From positions 155,062-219,061 of the forward strand of contig CAVWBW010000004.1 in NCBI GenBank assembly GCA_963753395.1: a stretch of 64,000 nt of DNA, given 5' to 3'. Below the pieces are notes generated by a model. It saw only the letters and a program-made list of their open reading frames with translations, was not told the origin of the DNA and made no database searches. Shown piece after piece: positions 19,901 through 29,702 of the stretch (positions are counted from its first letter, which is position 1; each line of letters begins with the position of its first letter). The stretch comes from an uncultured delta proteobacterium. Its GTDB lineage: Bacteria > Myxococcota_A > Polyangia > Polyangiales > Houyiibacteriaceae. The position numbers and the translations under genes are program-made.

Positions 19901-22900
19901 AGCGCGGCCGCGAACCCATCGTAGCCCCAATCGAGGTAGTCGCTGTGTGGGGAACGCCGCTGCAGGAAGATCACCGTTTGCGGTGACTCGGAGCTCGAGG
20001 AGAGGGGGAGCCCATGGGCGATCGAGGCCAGGAGATCCGTCACCGCGGCGAAACGCTGGGCGGCGTCGGTGCCCATGGCCTCGTCGGAGAGCACGGCAAT
20101 CACCACATCGGCCTCGATGTCGGCGGTCGCGCTGGCCGGCACCACGTTGACCTCGGCGCCGTTCGTTCGACTGGCTTCCCACAGCTCCGTGGCGACCTTG
20201 GAGCCATCGTCGAGGATGCACACCGAGCGCCCCTTCCAGAAGTCTTCAGGCGCTTCGGGGAGATTGGCGTCCTGCCAGCGCATGACGAAGTTCCGGGTCC
20301 AGCCCGGGTAGTTCTTCGCGATCTCCGCGGCCCTCGTCGGTGAGAGGCTGCCGGAGCGACCTTCGTTCGCGGTCGCGATTCGCGTTTCGAGCTCTTGGAC
20401 AATTTCGGCCAAGGTGGCGTTGGAGATCTGGGCAGGGTCGAAATCGCCGGCGTAACCAATTGCAACGGCCACATCGACGACGACCTGCACCGTCTTGATC
20501 GAGTCCATGTGCAAGTCATCGATCATGCGGAGCTCGTCGGTCAGCATGTCGATCGGGAAGCCCGTCTGTTTGTGAATCACGTCGAGAAGCACTGCGCGTG
20601 TGTCGACGTAGGGCGGCGTGCTAGGCGCGCCGGGTTGGCTGCTCTCGTGCTTCTGGAGATCGAGCCGCGGCGCGATCGGCCGAACCGCGGTTATGGGCTC
20701 CTTCCGGAGCGGCGCCTCTGCGGCCGGCTCAGCCTTCGCGGCCGGGTCGAGCAAGTCTTGCTCACATGGGTTCACGAAGAAGGAGAGCTCAGCGGCAGAC
20801 TTGAAGCGGCGGATCAAGCGCTGATCCCAGAGCCTCTCGAGTTCGATCTTCGCGCCCTGCGTGAAGAGGTAGCCGAGCGTCGTATTGAGGTCGCGGTCGC
20901 GTCCCGCCTTGCTCTCGACCGGAAGGCAGACGGTGCCATCGATCCCCGCGGTCTCGTTGCTCAAACCGGAGAGGACTGCGCCCGGGCCGACTTCGACGAG
21001 CACGTCGCATTCGTGAGTCGCCAAACGCGCGACCGCACGGAAGTTCACCGGCTGCACCACTTGCTCGCCGAAGTGGTCGGCGAGATCCACCGCTCCTTCG
21101 AGGACAGTGCCCGTCATCGTGCTGTAGAGACGAGCCTCGGTCGGGGTCCCGGTTCCACGGAGCACGGGCGCCTCGCGAAGCGCCTTCACGGTGTCCTTGA
21201 AGTGTGCGGAGTGGAAGGCGGCCGACACGGGGAGCTCGCGCGCACGGATGCCGCTCTTCGAGGCGAGCTCGAGCGTCGCGGCGATGGCGCTCCGGTCGCC
21301 CGAGACGACGGTCTGCGAAGCGCTGTTGATGTTTGCAATGACGACGTAGCCGTCGACGCGCTCGAGCAGCGCTCGCGCTTCATCCGGGTCGCAGACGAGG
21401 CTCGCCATCGAGCCGTCCGCGGGGACGTCGCCCATCAGTTTCCCGCGAAGACCTGCGAGCTGAATGACCGACTTCTCGTCGAGCGCGCCGACCGCATGGA
21501 ACGCGGTCAGCTCGCCGAGGCTGTGGCCGCCCACGGCCACGGGCTTCACGCCCAAGCGCTCCATGAAGCGGAGCCACAAGAGGCTCGCGAGACAAATCGA
21601 GGGCTGCGCGACCTCCGTCTGCGTCAGCGCGCGCATCCATTCTTTTTGTTGTTCGCCGCTGAGGTCCCGTTCGGTGTCCCGATAGATGAAGGGGCTCACC
21701 GGGGCGACGCCGACTTCTTCCAACCAAGCGTCCGCGCGTGCGACGAGCTCGCGCGCCCACGCGAAGCGCTCCACGAGCACACGGGCCATGTTGAGCCGCT
21801 GGGAGCCTTGGCCGGGGAAGAGAAAGCCGATGCTAGGGGCCTTAGCGCCCGTCGACAGCATCACGCGGCGATCCGGGGTGCTGAAACGGTACTCGTCGTC
21901 AGTTCCCGGGGCCTTGTCGATCGCCTTTCGCAGCGTTCCGAGGCGCACGTGCAAATCGCTCGGGCTCAGCGCGACGATCGCCGCGCGGACGACGGCGCCG
22001 TGGTCGATGCGCTTGGCAAGATCGACGGCGAGGTCCGGCATCTCGCCAATGCTCATGCCCGCGACCACATCCATGAGCTCGGTCGTGCGACGCGACAGTG
22101 CATCGAGGCTTGCCCCGCTGAGGACAAAGAGCTCGGTCTCTTGCCTCGAAGCCAAGAGGGAGCGCTCGTCGAGCTCGGGCGCCAGGTCGCTCGAGGGCGC
22201 GGCGCCCGAGGTCAGCGTGACGTGGCTGTTGATGCCACCGAAGCCCATCGCCGAGACGCCCGCGGTCAGGATCCGCGATGCGTCGTGGTATGTGCCGGTT
22301 CGTACTGGGTAGAGGTTCTTGGCGTTGCCTTGGAAGACCTCGTGCGGGTCATCGCAAGCGGCAGTTGGAGGAACGACGCGTCGGTTGACGGCGGCGACGG
22401 CCTTGAGCAAGCCGCCCACGCCAGCCGCGGCTTTGGTGTGACCCACCAAGGATTTGAACGAGGTCACGCCGCACTGATGGGGCTCGGCCTCGCCGAAGGA
22501 GTCGATCGTGCTGGAGATTCCGGTGAGCTCGATCGGGTCGCCGACGGAGGTGCCAGTGCCGTGGCCCTCGACGAAATCCAGCTGGTGCGCGGAATAGCCG
22601 GCCCGATCGTACGCGCGCCGGAGCGCGAGCGCCTGACCGGCGGCCGTGGGCGCGGTGATTCCGCCCTTGCCGTCGGAGGAAACCCCCCAGCCGTTGAGGA
22701 CCGCGTAGACGTAGTCGCCGTCTCGCTCGGCGTCTTCGAGTCGCTTCATGACGATGAAGCCACAACCCTCGCCCGGAAGGAAGCCGTTGCCTGCCCGGTC
22801 GTAGACCTTCATCTCCGAATCGGAGAGCGCGCCCACTTTGGCAAAGCCGACGAGCTCGAAGGCGTCGAGGCTGACGTCGACACCACCTGCGAGTGCGACG

Positions 22901-23611
22901 TCGATGTCGCCGGCGCAGAGCGCGTTCGATGCGGTTGCGACGGAGAGCAGCGACGAGGAGCACGCGCCGTCGACGGTGTAGCCGCCGCCGCGCAGATCCA
23001 TGTAGTTGCAGATGCGTCCGGCAATGGTGTTCGCGAGCGCGCCCGCGAGCGTGTCTTCATTCGGCGCCGGGAAGAACGACTTGTAGATTTGCTCCGTTTC
23101 GGCGACGAGCTCTTCGAGCGTCGCGCCGTCGAGGCCCTTCTTAATGCCGGCCGCGCGGATCGTCTTGCGCACGAAGGGCCAACGGCCTCGCAGCAGATGG
23201 GCCCGCTGCTGCTCGCCGGTGAGCGTGTTGCCGACGATGACGCCGGTTCGATCGCGAGGAAGGTCCTTGGCCTCGTAGCCCGCGTCGGCGATCGCCTGCA
23301 GCGCGACATCGAGTGCCAACCAATGCGTGATGTCCGTCTGTTCGAACACCTGCTTCGGGATGAGCCGCCGCGCCCAATCGAACTCGAATCCATCGATGAC
23401 TGCCGCGCGCGTGCCGTAGGTCTTGTCCGGCGCGTTCTTGTCCGGGTCGCCGTACTCCGAAAGCGGAAGGCGCTCATCGGGCATGCGCCGGAAGCTCTGG
23501 CGCCTGGCGAGGACGTTCTCCCAGAGCTCCCTGCGGGTTTCGGGCGTCTGGATATCGGCAGCCGAGGCCGATGATCGCGATAGGGCTGTGTGGGGTCGCT
23601 TTTGAAGTCAT
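16963..23611 (-). CDS. Enediyne PksE-like iterative type I PKS (KS-AT-ACP-KR-DH) with two fused hotdog thioesterases; one apparent +1 frameshift at 23529-23531
   Basis: IAIIGLGCRYPD...ELWENVLARR, TDITHWLALD, DGACSSS, EGHGTGT, GHSLG, DDLHMDSI, VTGGARGITAECA, YLLDH....LFP.VFGLEAMAQ, DSNLVGNLYFGNY..WQG..R; removing one base joins ATG 23611 to the 2173-aa ORF. Confidence 0.9.
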
Positions 23612-23928
23612 TTGGGGGGTCAGGCGAGGGGGCTGATAAGACAAACGGGGGAAAGCGAGTATACCGAGGTCGCTTCTTGCTTCCGCTGAACAGCGGCACA
23701 GCAAAGAGTGATTTTTATTCACGTTTTCAAATTAAGTGAAGAAAAACTGGTAGTTACACGGGCGGCGTTAGGCCGCCGAGGTGTCGAATTGTGGCAGATG
23801 TCACAAATGAGACACCTCCGCGCGCCACACCCATCGGGTGTAGGGCGGCTCCGGCGCGGAATTCACCTGCCGGGGGAAACGGGGTATCGGCGAGACTGCC
23901 CGTTTCGAAGGCTCATTTCAAGAGCGTT

Positions 23929-24890
23929 CTAGCCGCCGCAATACTTGTCGCCGCCGGAACCAGAGGAGCCGCAGGTCGTAGCCGGGGACGGGAGGGCTCT
24001 GGCACTGCGACGACGTCAGCTGCAGAGGTACGTGCAGCGGTTCTGCAGGTTGCCCACTCTGCCGGCAGATGCCACTCGGCTGCGGCATTCCTCGTCCAGC
24101 CGTTCGGGCACGATTATCCGCGACGAGCGCGCGCCACCGCTGGGCAAGTCGTGAGTAATTCGTTGATCCCGCAGTAGTCGCCGTCGAGCTGCGGTGCGGA
24201 CAGCTCGTTCCTCGATCGGACAACGTGATCGCGATAGGGTCTGCTCAGCAACCACCAGTCGATCGTCTTCAGGCAGAACCCGATCGTACATCCGGGAAGG
24301 GCTCCCCGTCGGGTAAGTACATCGGGACACACTTGTAGTCGCCCGCCGGCTCCTGCTCGATCGCCGCACTCGCTGTCCGCGACGCAGGTTTCGCAAACCC
24401 CGCGGCTTCCGACTGTCGTCTCCGTGCAGGTCTTGGTGCGCGGGTTGCAGCTCTTGTCGTTCGGGCAGGTCTCTGCTTCCGTTTCCGGGGTGCACTCGAC
24501 GCAGACCTTGTCGGCGTCGCAGGCGTTGCCGCTTTCCGCGAGGCCGTCGACGCCGTCGCAGTCCTCGTTGGTCTCGCATGGCGCGCACTCGTTGTCGTCG
24601 GTGTCGCATCGCGATGTGTCCGGGTCGGTGCACTCCGCGTTGCTGAGACAGTCGACGCACTCGTGGTTCTCGACATCGCAGACTTGGTCGCGGTCCGTGC
24701 AGTACTGCTGCTCGTCCATCGTGCACTGGACGCACTCGGTGTCGTTCAGGCAAACGGGCGTGTCTTCAGGGCAGAGCACACAGACGCCGGCCTCGACGCC
24801 GCCCTCGATTGGGGGCACGACCGGCTTGTCCTCGACGACGCAGGCGGTCGCGAGCGCAAGAAGACAAAGAAAGAAAGAAGCCCACCTCAT
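23929..24890 (-). CDS. Cys-rich exported lipoprotein, 3' third broken by frameshifts
   Basis: LATAC lipobox; repeats C..C....C.D; Cys-rich sequence continues across frames to ...GGDKYCGG-stop at 23929. Confidence 0.7.
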
Positions 24891-24903
24891 GCTCTTCCCT
24901 TAT

Positions 24904-25155
24904 TCAAAAGCGGAGCCTCAAGTCAACTCCGCTGGGATGGAGGCCGATGCTGGGGGCCGGTTGCCGGCGTTTTGCGCCGACGACCCACCCGGTGATGCCG
25001 CCGGCGAGGGCCGCCGCGCCGCCGGCCAGCAAGAGGATGGGGCCGGCCTTCCAGGCATGGGGATGCTCGTTCGCTGGCGCTGGCGCTGGCGCTGGCGCTG
25101 ACGCTGGTGCTGCCAACAGGGCTGCCCAGATCCGCCTGCGCCCCCCGCCTCGCAT
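24904..25155 (-). CDS. 83-aa remnant or mini-protein: Pro/Ala linker, TM helix, C-terminal ...LRLRF
   Basis: ATG overlaps upstream TGA; C-terminus resembles that of the neighbouring PEGA-like protein. Confidence 0.45.
   Translation of the reverse strand: MRGGGRRRIWAALLAAPASAPAPAPAPANEHPHAWKAGPILLLAGGAAALAGGITGWVVGAKRRQPAPSIGLHPSGVDLRLRF
25072..25107. repeat. Hexamer tandem repeat (CGCTGG)n encoding Ala-Pro linker
   Basis: cgctgg repeated about six times with one variant. Confidence 0.8.
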
Positions 25156-26936
25156 CAGAACGCCTTGCGAATCCGGACGACGGCGCCGTTGCCGTGTACG
25201 GAGACCGAGGGCTCCGCGCGGAGCGGGCGGATTAGATACACGAGCGGGATCGTGAGAAGGGGCGCCGCCCCTGCGAGCGCGAGGGCGAGCCGACCCGCCT
25301 CTTGGCCCCGCTGAACGCACGCGCGCGCCGCCGATTCGTCTGCGATGAAGGGCTCCGGGCAGCTCGTCATGCTGACGCCTTCGTAGATGGCATACCCGCT
25401 GAGCCCGAGGCCGAGCACGCCCGCGGTCCACCCCCACCAGGGCGTGCGCTCATGGTCGGGGAGCAAGAGCGGCATCGCGGCGCTCGTGGCGGCGCCGCCG
25501 AACGCCGCAGTCGTCCAGACGCCGATGCGCGCGTTGTTCCATTGCTGAGCGGCGTCGAGATTGGCCGGCATGGCGCTGAAGCTGTCGCCGAGCGTGCCGC
25601 GCCAGATGTGGAGCCCGACGCTCGCGCCGATGCTCGCGATGCCTGCGCCGAAGAGCGACCACCCTGCGACACGATGCTTGCGTGGCCGTGGCACCCCCGC
25701 CTTCGCCTCCTCGTCCCCCTCACGGGCCTCGACGAGCGCCGCAGAGGCCGCGGCGACTTCCACAGGTTCTGCAGGCACCGGCGCCCAACTCCCTTGCGCG
25801 ATGGGGTGCGCGCCGCTGAAATCGACCGAGCGCCCCTCGAACAAGGCGTCGAGCGCGCGGCGCGCATCTTCGGAGTCGATGGCGGCATCTTGCACAGCCA
25901 CCCAGGCGGACGCCGGCGCGTACCCCGCCGCGAGCAGGTCGACTCGCGCCACCGTCGGGCTCAGCGCGCTCAGCGCGAGGACGCCGGCCGCACCGAGGGC
26001 CTCGCCGACCTCAGCTGCCTGGGTCATCCTCTCCGCCCACGCTTCGATCGAGTCGTAGCGGAGGTGAAGCACGGGCCGCGTCCGCACCGCGCGCTCGAGC
26101 TCGCCGTCGAACACGAACAGGTTTTGGCCGCTCACCACGGCCGCGCGGTGAATGCGCCCACGCACCCCGTCCTCGCACTCGACCTGAAAGCGATAGTTGC
26201 CCACCGGCAGCTCGATCCCCGACAAGGGCGTGCGGCCGAGCTCCACTCCATTGATGCGCACGAGGCAACGGGGCAGCGTGCTCGTGACCTCGAGCATGCC
26301 CGGTGCTTCCGTTGCGATCTCGGCGTCGACCCGCGCGAGGAGGGCGCGCACCTCGGGCGTGTGTCGAAACGCCGTCGGCTCGACCCGGGGCACCAACTGG
26401 CGGCACTCTCGCGCTTGCCTCCGCGCCTCTGCGCTGTTCTTTGTCTCCACGTAGGCGCGGACCATGAACAAGCAGGTGTCGAGCACCTGCTGAGCGCGCG
26501 CGGCTTCTCGATTGAGCGCTTCGCCGGCTCGGTCGGCCAGGCGCTGCGCTGCCTTGAGCTCTCGGCGCGCCGCTTTGTAGTCCGCGCGGGCCAAATAGCG
26601 AACCGCCGCTTGCGAGCGCTCGACCCAACGGTCGATGTCGCTCTGACTCAGCTCCGGGGCGGGCGCCGACCCGACGACCTCGAAGCGCTCGGAGGCCCGG
26701 TCCGCCGGCCACACACCTTTTCCGCGCACCGAAAGCTCTCGGCGGAGCGCCTCGGCCTCCGAGTGCAGCGCCTCGATGCTCAGCGGGCTCTCCGGAGCGG
26801 CCTCTGCGCCGCGAACCGGGAGCACCAGCCAGCGTTGCCCGGCCTGAGGCGCGCGCGCGTTGCCATCTTGCGCCCACGCCGGCGATCCAAGAGGCAGCGC
26901 GAGCGCTACGGCAACGACGAACCCGAACCCGCGCAT
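25155..26936 (-). CDS. PEGA-like domain exported/membrane protein
   Basis: Signal peptide (AWAQ), helical region, LEVTS....VRING..LGRTPL PEGA-like segment, C-terminal TM helices. Confidence 0.75.
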   Translation of the reverse strand: MRGFGFVVAVALALPLGSPAWAQDGNARAPQAGQRWLVLPVRGAEAAPESPLSIEALHSEAEALRRELSVRGKGVWPADRASERFEVVGSAPAPELSQSDIDRWVERSQAAVRYLARADYKAARRELKAAQRLADRAGEALNREAARAQQVLDTCLFMVRAYVETKNSAEARRQARECRQLVPRVEPTAFRHTPEVRALLARVDAEIATEAPGMLEVTSTLPRCLVRINGVELGRTPLSGIELPVGNYRFQVECEDGVRGRIHRAAVVSGQNLFVFDGELERAVRTRPVLHLRYDSIEAWAERMTQAAEVGEALGAAGVLALSALSPTVARVDLLAAGYAPASAWVAVQDAAIDSEDARRALDALFEGRSVDFSGAHPIAQGSWAPVPAEPVEVAAASAALVEAREGDEEAKAGVPRPRKHRVAGWSLFGAGIASIGASVGLHIWRGTLGDSFSAMPANLDAAQQWNNARIGVWTTAAFGGAATSAAMPLLLPDHERTPWWGWTAGVLGLGLSGYAIYEGVSMTSCPEPFIADESAARACVQRGQEAGRLALALAGAAPLLTIPLVYLIRPLRAEPSVSVHGNGAVVRIRKAF

Positions 26937-26944
26937 GAAGCTCC

Positions 26945-28414
26945 CTAGAAGCACCCCATGAAGGTGAGGGCGGTCTCGCCGTGCTCCCCCGTTTGGACGA
27001 TCGCCGCGGTGCCACCGCTGACGACCACGTCGATGCGCGTCGGCGGCTCGTCACCGACGCTGCTGAGCAAGCGCTGCGTGACGAGGGGCCCGCTCTGCCC
27101 ACGGCCGACGACCAGCAATTGCTCGCTTGCTGCGATCACCCAGCTGTCGGTGCCCTCGTCGTACGCGAGCCCCATCGCGGTCTCCGCAGAGGCCTCGATG
27201 GGGTCGGCGTCGAGCTCCGCGCCACAGAATCGGCCCTCGGCGCATTGGAGCGTCACGCCGACGAGCTCAGTGAGCAGGAGCTTCCCGTCCTGCAGGTGCA
27301 CGACACCGGGGCCGCCCTCTCCGAGCGCGATCGCGGGTTTGCCGCCTCGCCCGACGTCGATCTCGAGCAGGAAGGTACCGTCGTCCAAGAGCCAGCCCGC
27401 GCGGACGTTCTCGTATTGCTCCCAGACGGCAAATGAACCCGCAGCATCGAAATACGCGCTGTAGGGGACGCCCTTGGCCTCGGTTGGCGGAGCAGACAGA
27501 TCACGAAGCCCGTCGTACCCGAACGGCCTCAGCGCAAACGTGATGAGGTCGCGATGACCGAAAAATCGCGGTGGATTGGCCGCAACCCGTGGATGGAAGG
27601 GGGGATCGTAGATGCCCCAATCGATGCCCTGATCCCAATCGGCGTGGAGCGCTTGGCTGCCGGCGATGATCGGGACCAGCTCGGCATCGACGTGGGCTTC
27701 GACGACATGGAACTGATGCTTCCCGAGCGCGATGAGCACGCGACCGCTCGACGCATCGGACTCCAAAAACGCATGCTCGAGGCTCGGGTTGTCGATGTCG
27801 TCGTGATGCCCCGTCCGCGTTGCATCGCTGCGGTACGTCTCGATGCGGAGGGTGTCGGCGATGGCCCGTGTCACGACGAAGCCGCCGTCGACCGGGGCGA
27901 CGGTGCCGCGCGCGGGGAACTGCTCTTGCCTCACGGACAGCACGCCCTCGTCGATGAGCTCGTCGCAATCGTTGTCCTTGCCGTCGCAAACTTCCTCCGT
28001 GGGCCCGACGGCGCCCTCGCACACGACGCCCTTCCCATTGGCGGCGCACACGTACACGCCCTGTTTGCACTCGCCGCGAGTCTCGTCCGCGCCACAAGGT
28101 TTGCCGAGCGCGGGCCAGGCTTCATCCACCGTGTCGTCGCCGTCGTTGTCGACGCCGTCGCAGAGCTCCTCGCTGAGCGTCGGCTCCAACGTGCCCGCGT
28201 CGGGCTCAGCAGGTTCCCCGGGATCGCCGGGCTCGCCGGGCTCCGACGGATCGACGGCGACGCACACCCCATCGACGTTGCTGAGACCGTCAGGGCAGGG
28301 GAGGCCAGCGCAGCCGGAGGCGGCGGCCAGCCATCCGAGCGTGAAGAGGGCAGGCGCGTTGGAAAAGGGGAGGCGCAACAGGCGCCGCGGATGCAATTGA
28401 AGAAGGCGTGGCAT
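26945..28414 (-). CDS. MopE-related putative metal-binding repeat lipoprotein
   Basis: EELCDGVDNDGD..VDE and EVCDGKDNDCD.LIDE repeats; ASGC lipobox-like site. Confidence 0.75.
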   Translation of the reverse strand: MPRLLQLHPRRLLRLPFSNAPALFTLGWLAAASGCAGLPCPDGLSNVDGVCVAVDPSEPGEPGDPGEPAEPDAGTLEPTLSEELCDGVDNDGDDTVDEAWPALGKPCGADETRGECKQGVYVCAANGKGVVCEGAVGPTEEVCDGKDNDCDELIDEGVLSVRQEQFPARGTVAPVDGGFVVTRAIADTLRIETYRSDATRTGHHDDIDNPSLEHAFLESDASSGRVLIALGKHQFHVVEAHVDAELVPIIAGSQALHADWDQGIDWGIYDPPFHPRVAANPPRFFGHRDLITFALRPFGYDGLRDLSAPPTEAKGVPYSAYFDAAGSFAVWEQYENVRAGWLLDDGTFLLEIDVGRGGKPAIALGEGGPGVVHLQDGKLLLTELVGVTLQCAEGRFCGAELDADPIEASAETAMGLAYDEGTDSWVIAASEQLLVVGRGQSGPLVTQRLLSSVGDEPPTRIDVVVSGGTAAIVQTGEHGETALTFMGCF

Positions 28415-28605
28415 GTCGATGAACTGCTTATCGACACTTCCGACCGGAAGTTGCGTCGTTCGAAACGGACCACGAGCGTACCCTCGTTGTTCAGGTCTTT
28501 GGTGTGAGTCTGATCACAGGCTCCAGGGAAAACGGGGTGCGTGCGGCACTGGACGCGCGGGCGCTCGACAGCCCGTACCCCTCGACAGGCAGCACGGTGG
28601 GCTCC

Positions 28606-28645
28606 TTGACAAAGTGTACATACAATATAAATTCTAAATATGTAC
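28606..28645 (+). promoter_or_regulatory. Sigma70-type promoter (TTGACA-16 bp-TAAATT) with overlapping inverted repeat GTACATA...TATGTAC
   Basis: TTGACA 28606-28611, TAAATT 28628-28633, IR arms 28616-28622 and 28639-28645; ATG at 28640 without RBS. Confidence 0.6.
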
Positions 28646-29122
28646 GATTTAGTGCAGATCTTCCTCGCGCTCGACCAATGGGTTGCCAAGGCCAACGTCC
28701 GGGCTCGCGCCGGGGGGACGCGTCCACATGCGCGCTGCACCATTCGCGTACTCGGGCAGGCGGCGCTCTGGGCTGCCAAGCCCGATCTGGCCCTGACTGC
28801 TACCCAAGACCTAGATGCGTACGCGGACTTCGAGTGGGCGGTTCAGCAGGAGCTCGAGCGTTTGCTGGCCAAGGAGGGCAAGGTTCTCGATCCGCATGGG
28901 CACGAGGTGTGGATGCCACCTGAGACACGATACGATCCACTCTACCAGGGCACTCATATCGAAGCGTTCGTCGCCGATCCGGATGCCGTTCTGATCTCCA
29001 AGGCCCTGAAAGCGGCTGAGAAGAACCGGGCCTTGCTCACCGAGTATCTTGCGAAGGGTGCGAGCGAGCGCTTCTTCGAGCTCGCGCAGAAGTACGAAGT
29101 GGACCTGGAGCAATTCGTATGA
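28640..29122 (+). CDS. Putative nucleotidyltransferase (DUF6036-like)
   Basis: VLGQAAL...ATQDLD (G..A / DxD NTase motif), V.IS K.LKA..K C-terminal motif. Confidence 0.65.
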   Translation: MYDLVQIFLALDQWVAKANVRARAGGTRPHARCTIRVLGQAALWAAKPDLALTATQDLDAYADFEWAVQQELERLLAKEGKVLDPHGHEVWMPPETRYDPLYQGTHIEAFVADPDAVLISKALKAAEKNRALLTEYLAKGASERFFELAQKYEVDLEQFV

Positions 29123-29655
29123 CGCTCGAGAAGAGAGACCTGCAGGCGAGGGCGCGCAAACGCTATGCGGCTCTGCGACGCAAGCATCGGGATCCGCGTT
29201 TCCGAAATGTGATGGGCCGGTTCGTCGCGGAGGGCTTGCTCGAGACCAACATCGAAGGGGTTCGGCCGCGTGAAACGCCCGTGCCACTCGAGCATGCGCT
29301 GTGGGCAGGCACCGTGGAGCCGAGGATCATGGAGCTTCTTCCGGCCGTGCTCGTGAAGAAGCCGAGCCTGCTGCGCCTACCTAAGGCGCTTCCGGACGAC
29401 GTCCTTGCGGTGATGCACGCCATTCGGCACGGAAAGGCAGCGCCGAGCTTTCGCGGCGTAGCGCCCGAGCAGTATCTGCCATGGGTGACCAAAGTGGGTC
29501 GGCGCGGTAAGTCGCCCTCGGTGCTGAAGAGCTTTCGATTTCGGCACGAGGACGTTCTTCGCCTCGCTCGGCTCCGCACGAACCTGCCCGCACGTTCCGA
29601 CACCGACGTGATTCGAATCGCACTCGAAGCCCTTGAAGCGAGCGCTGAGACCTAG
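29119..29655 (+). CDS. Hypothetical protein with C-terminal ribbon-helix-helix-like domain
   Basis: ATGA-coupled to NTase; C-terminus KSFRF..ED..RL.RL......SDTDVIRIALE fits beta-helix-helix. Confidence 0.6.
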   Translation: MTLEKRDLQARARKRYAALRRKHRDPRFRNVMGRFVAEGLLETNIEGVRPRETPVPLEHALWAGTVEPRIMELLPAVLVKKPSLLRLPKALPDDVLAVMHAIRHGKAAPSFRGVAPEQYLPWVTKVGRRGKSPSVLKSFRFRHEDVLRLARLRTNLPARSDTDVIRIALEALEASAET

Positions 29656-29702
29656 CTCTCGATGAACTTGGCTGTCTCGCGCCCGGGCCCCATAGTTGGG
29701 GG

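Noticed and set aside
20395-23574. 1059-aa plus-strand ORF antisense to the PKS, and similar long shadow ORFs elsewhere
   Set aside because: Expected antisense open frames in high-GC coding DNA; no domain motifs
16963-23611. PUFA synthase PfaA or a complete enediyne cluster
   Set aside because: Single ACP, PksE-type motifs and no pfaB/C/D; no E3/E4/E5 or tailoring genes in the window
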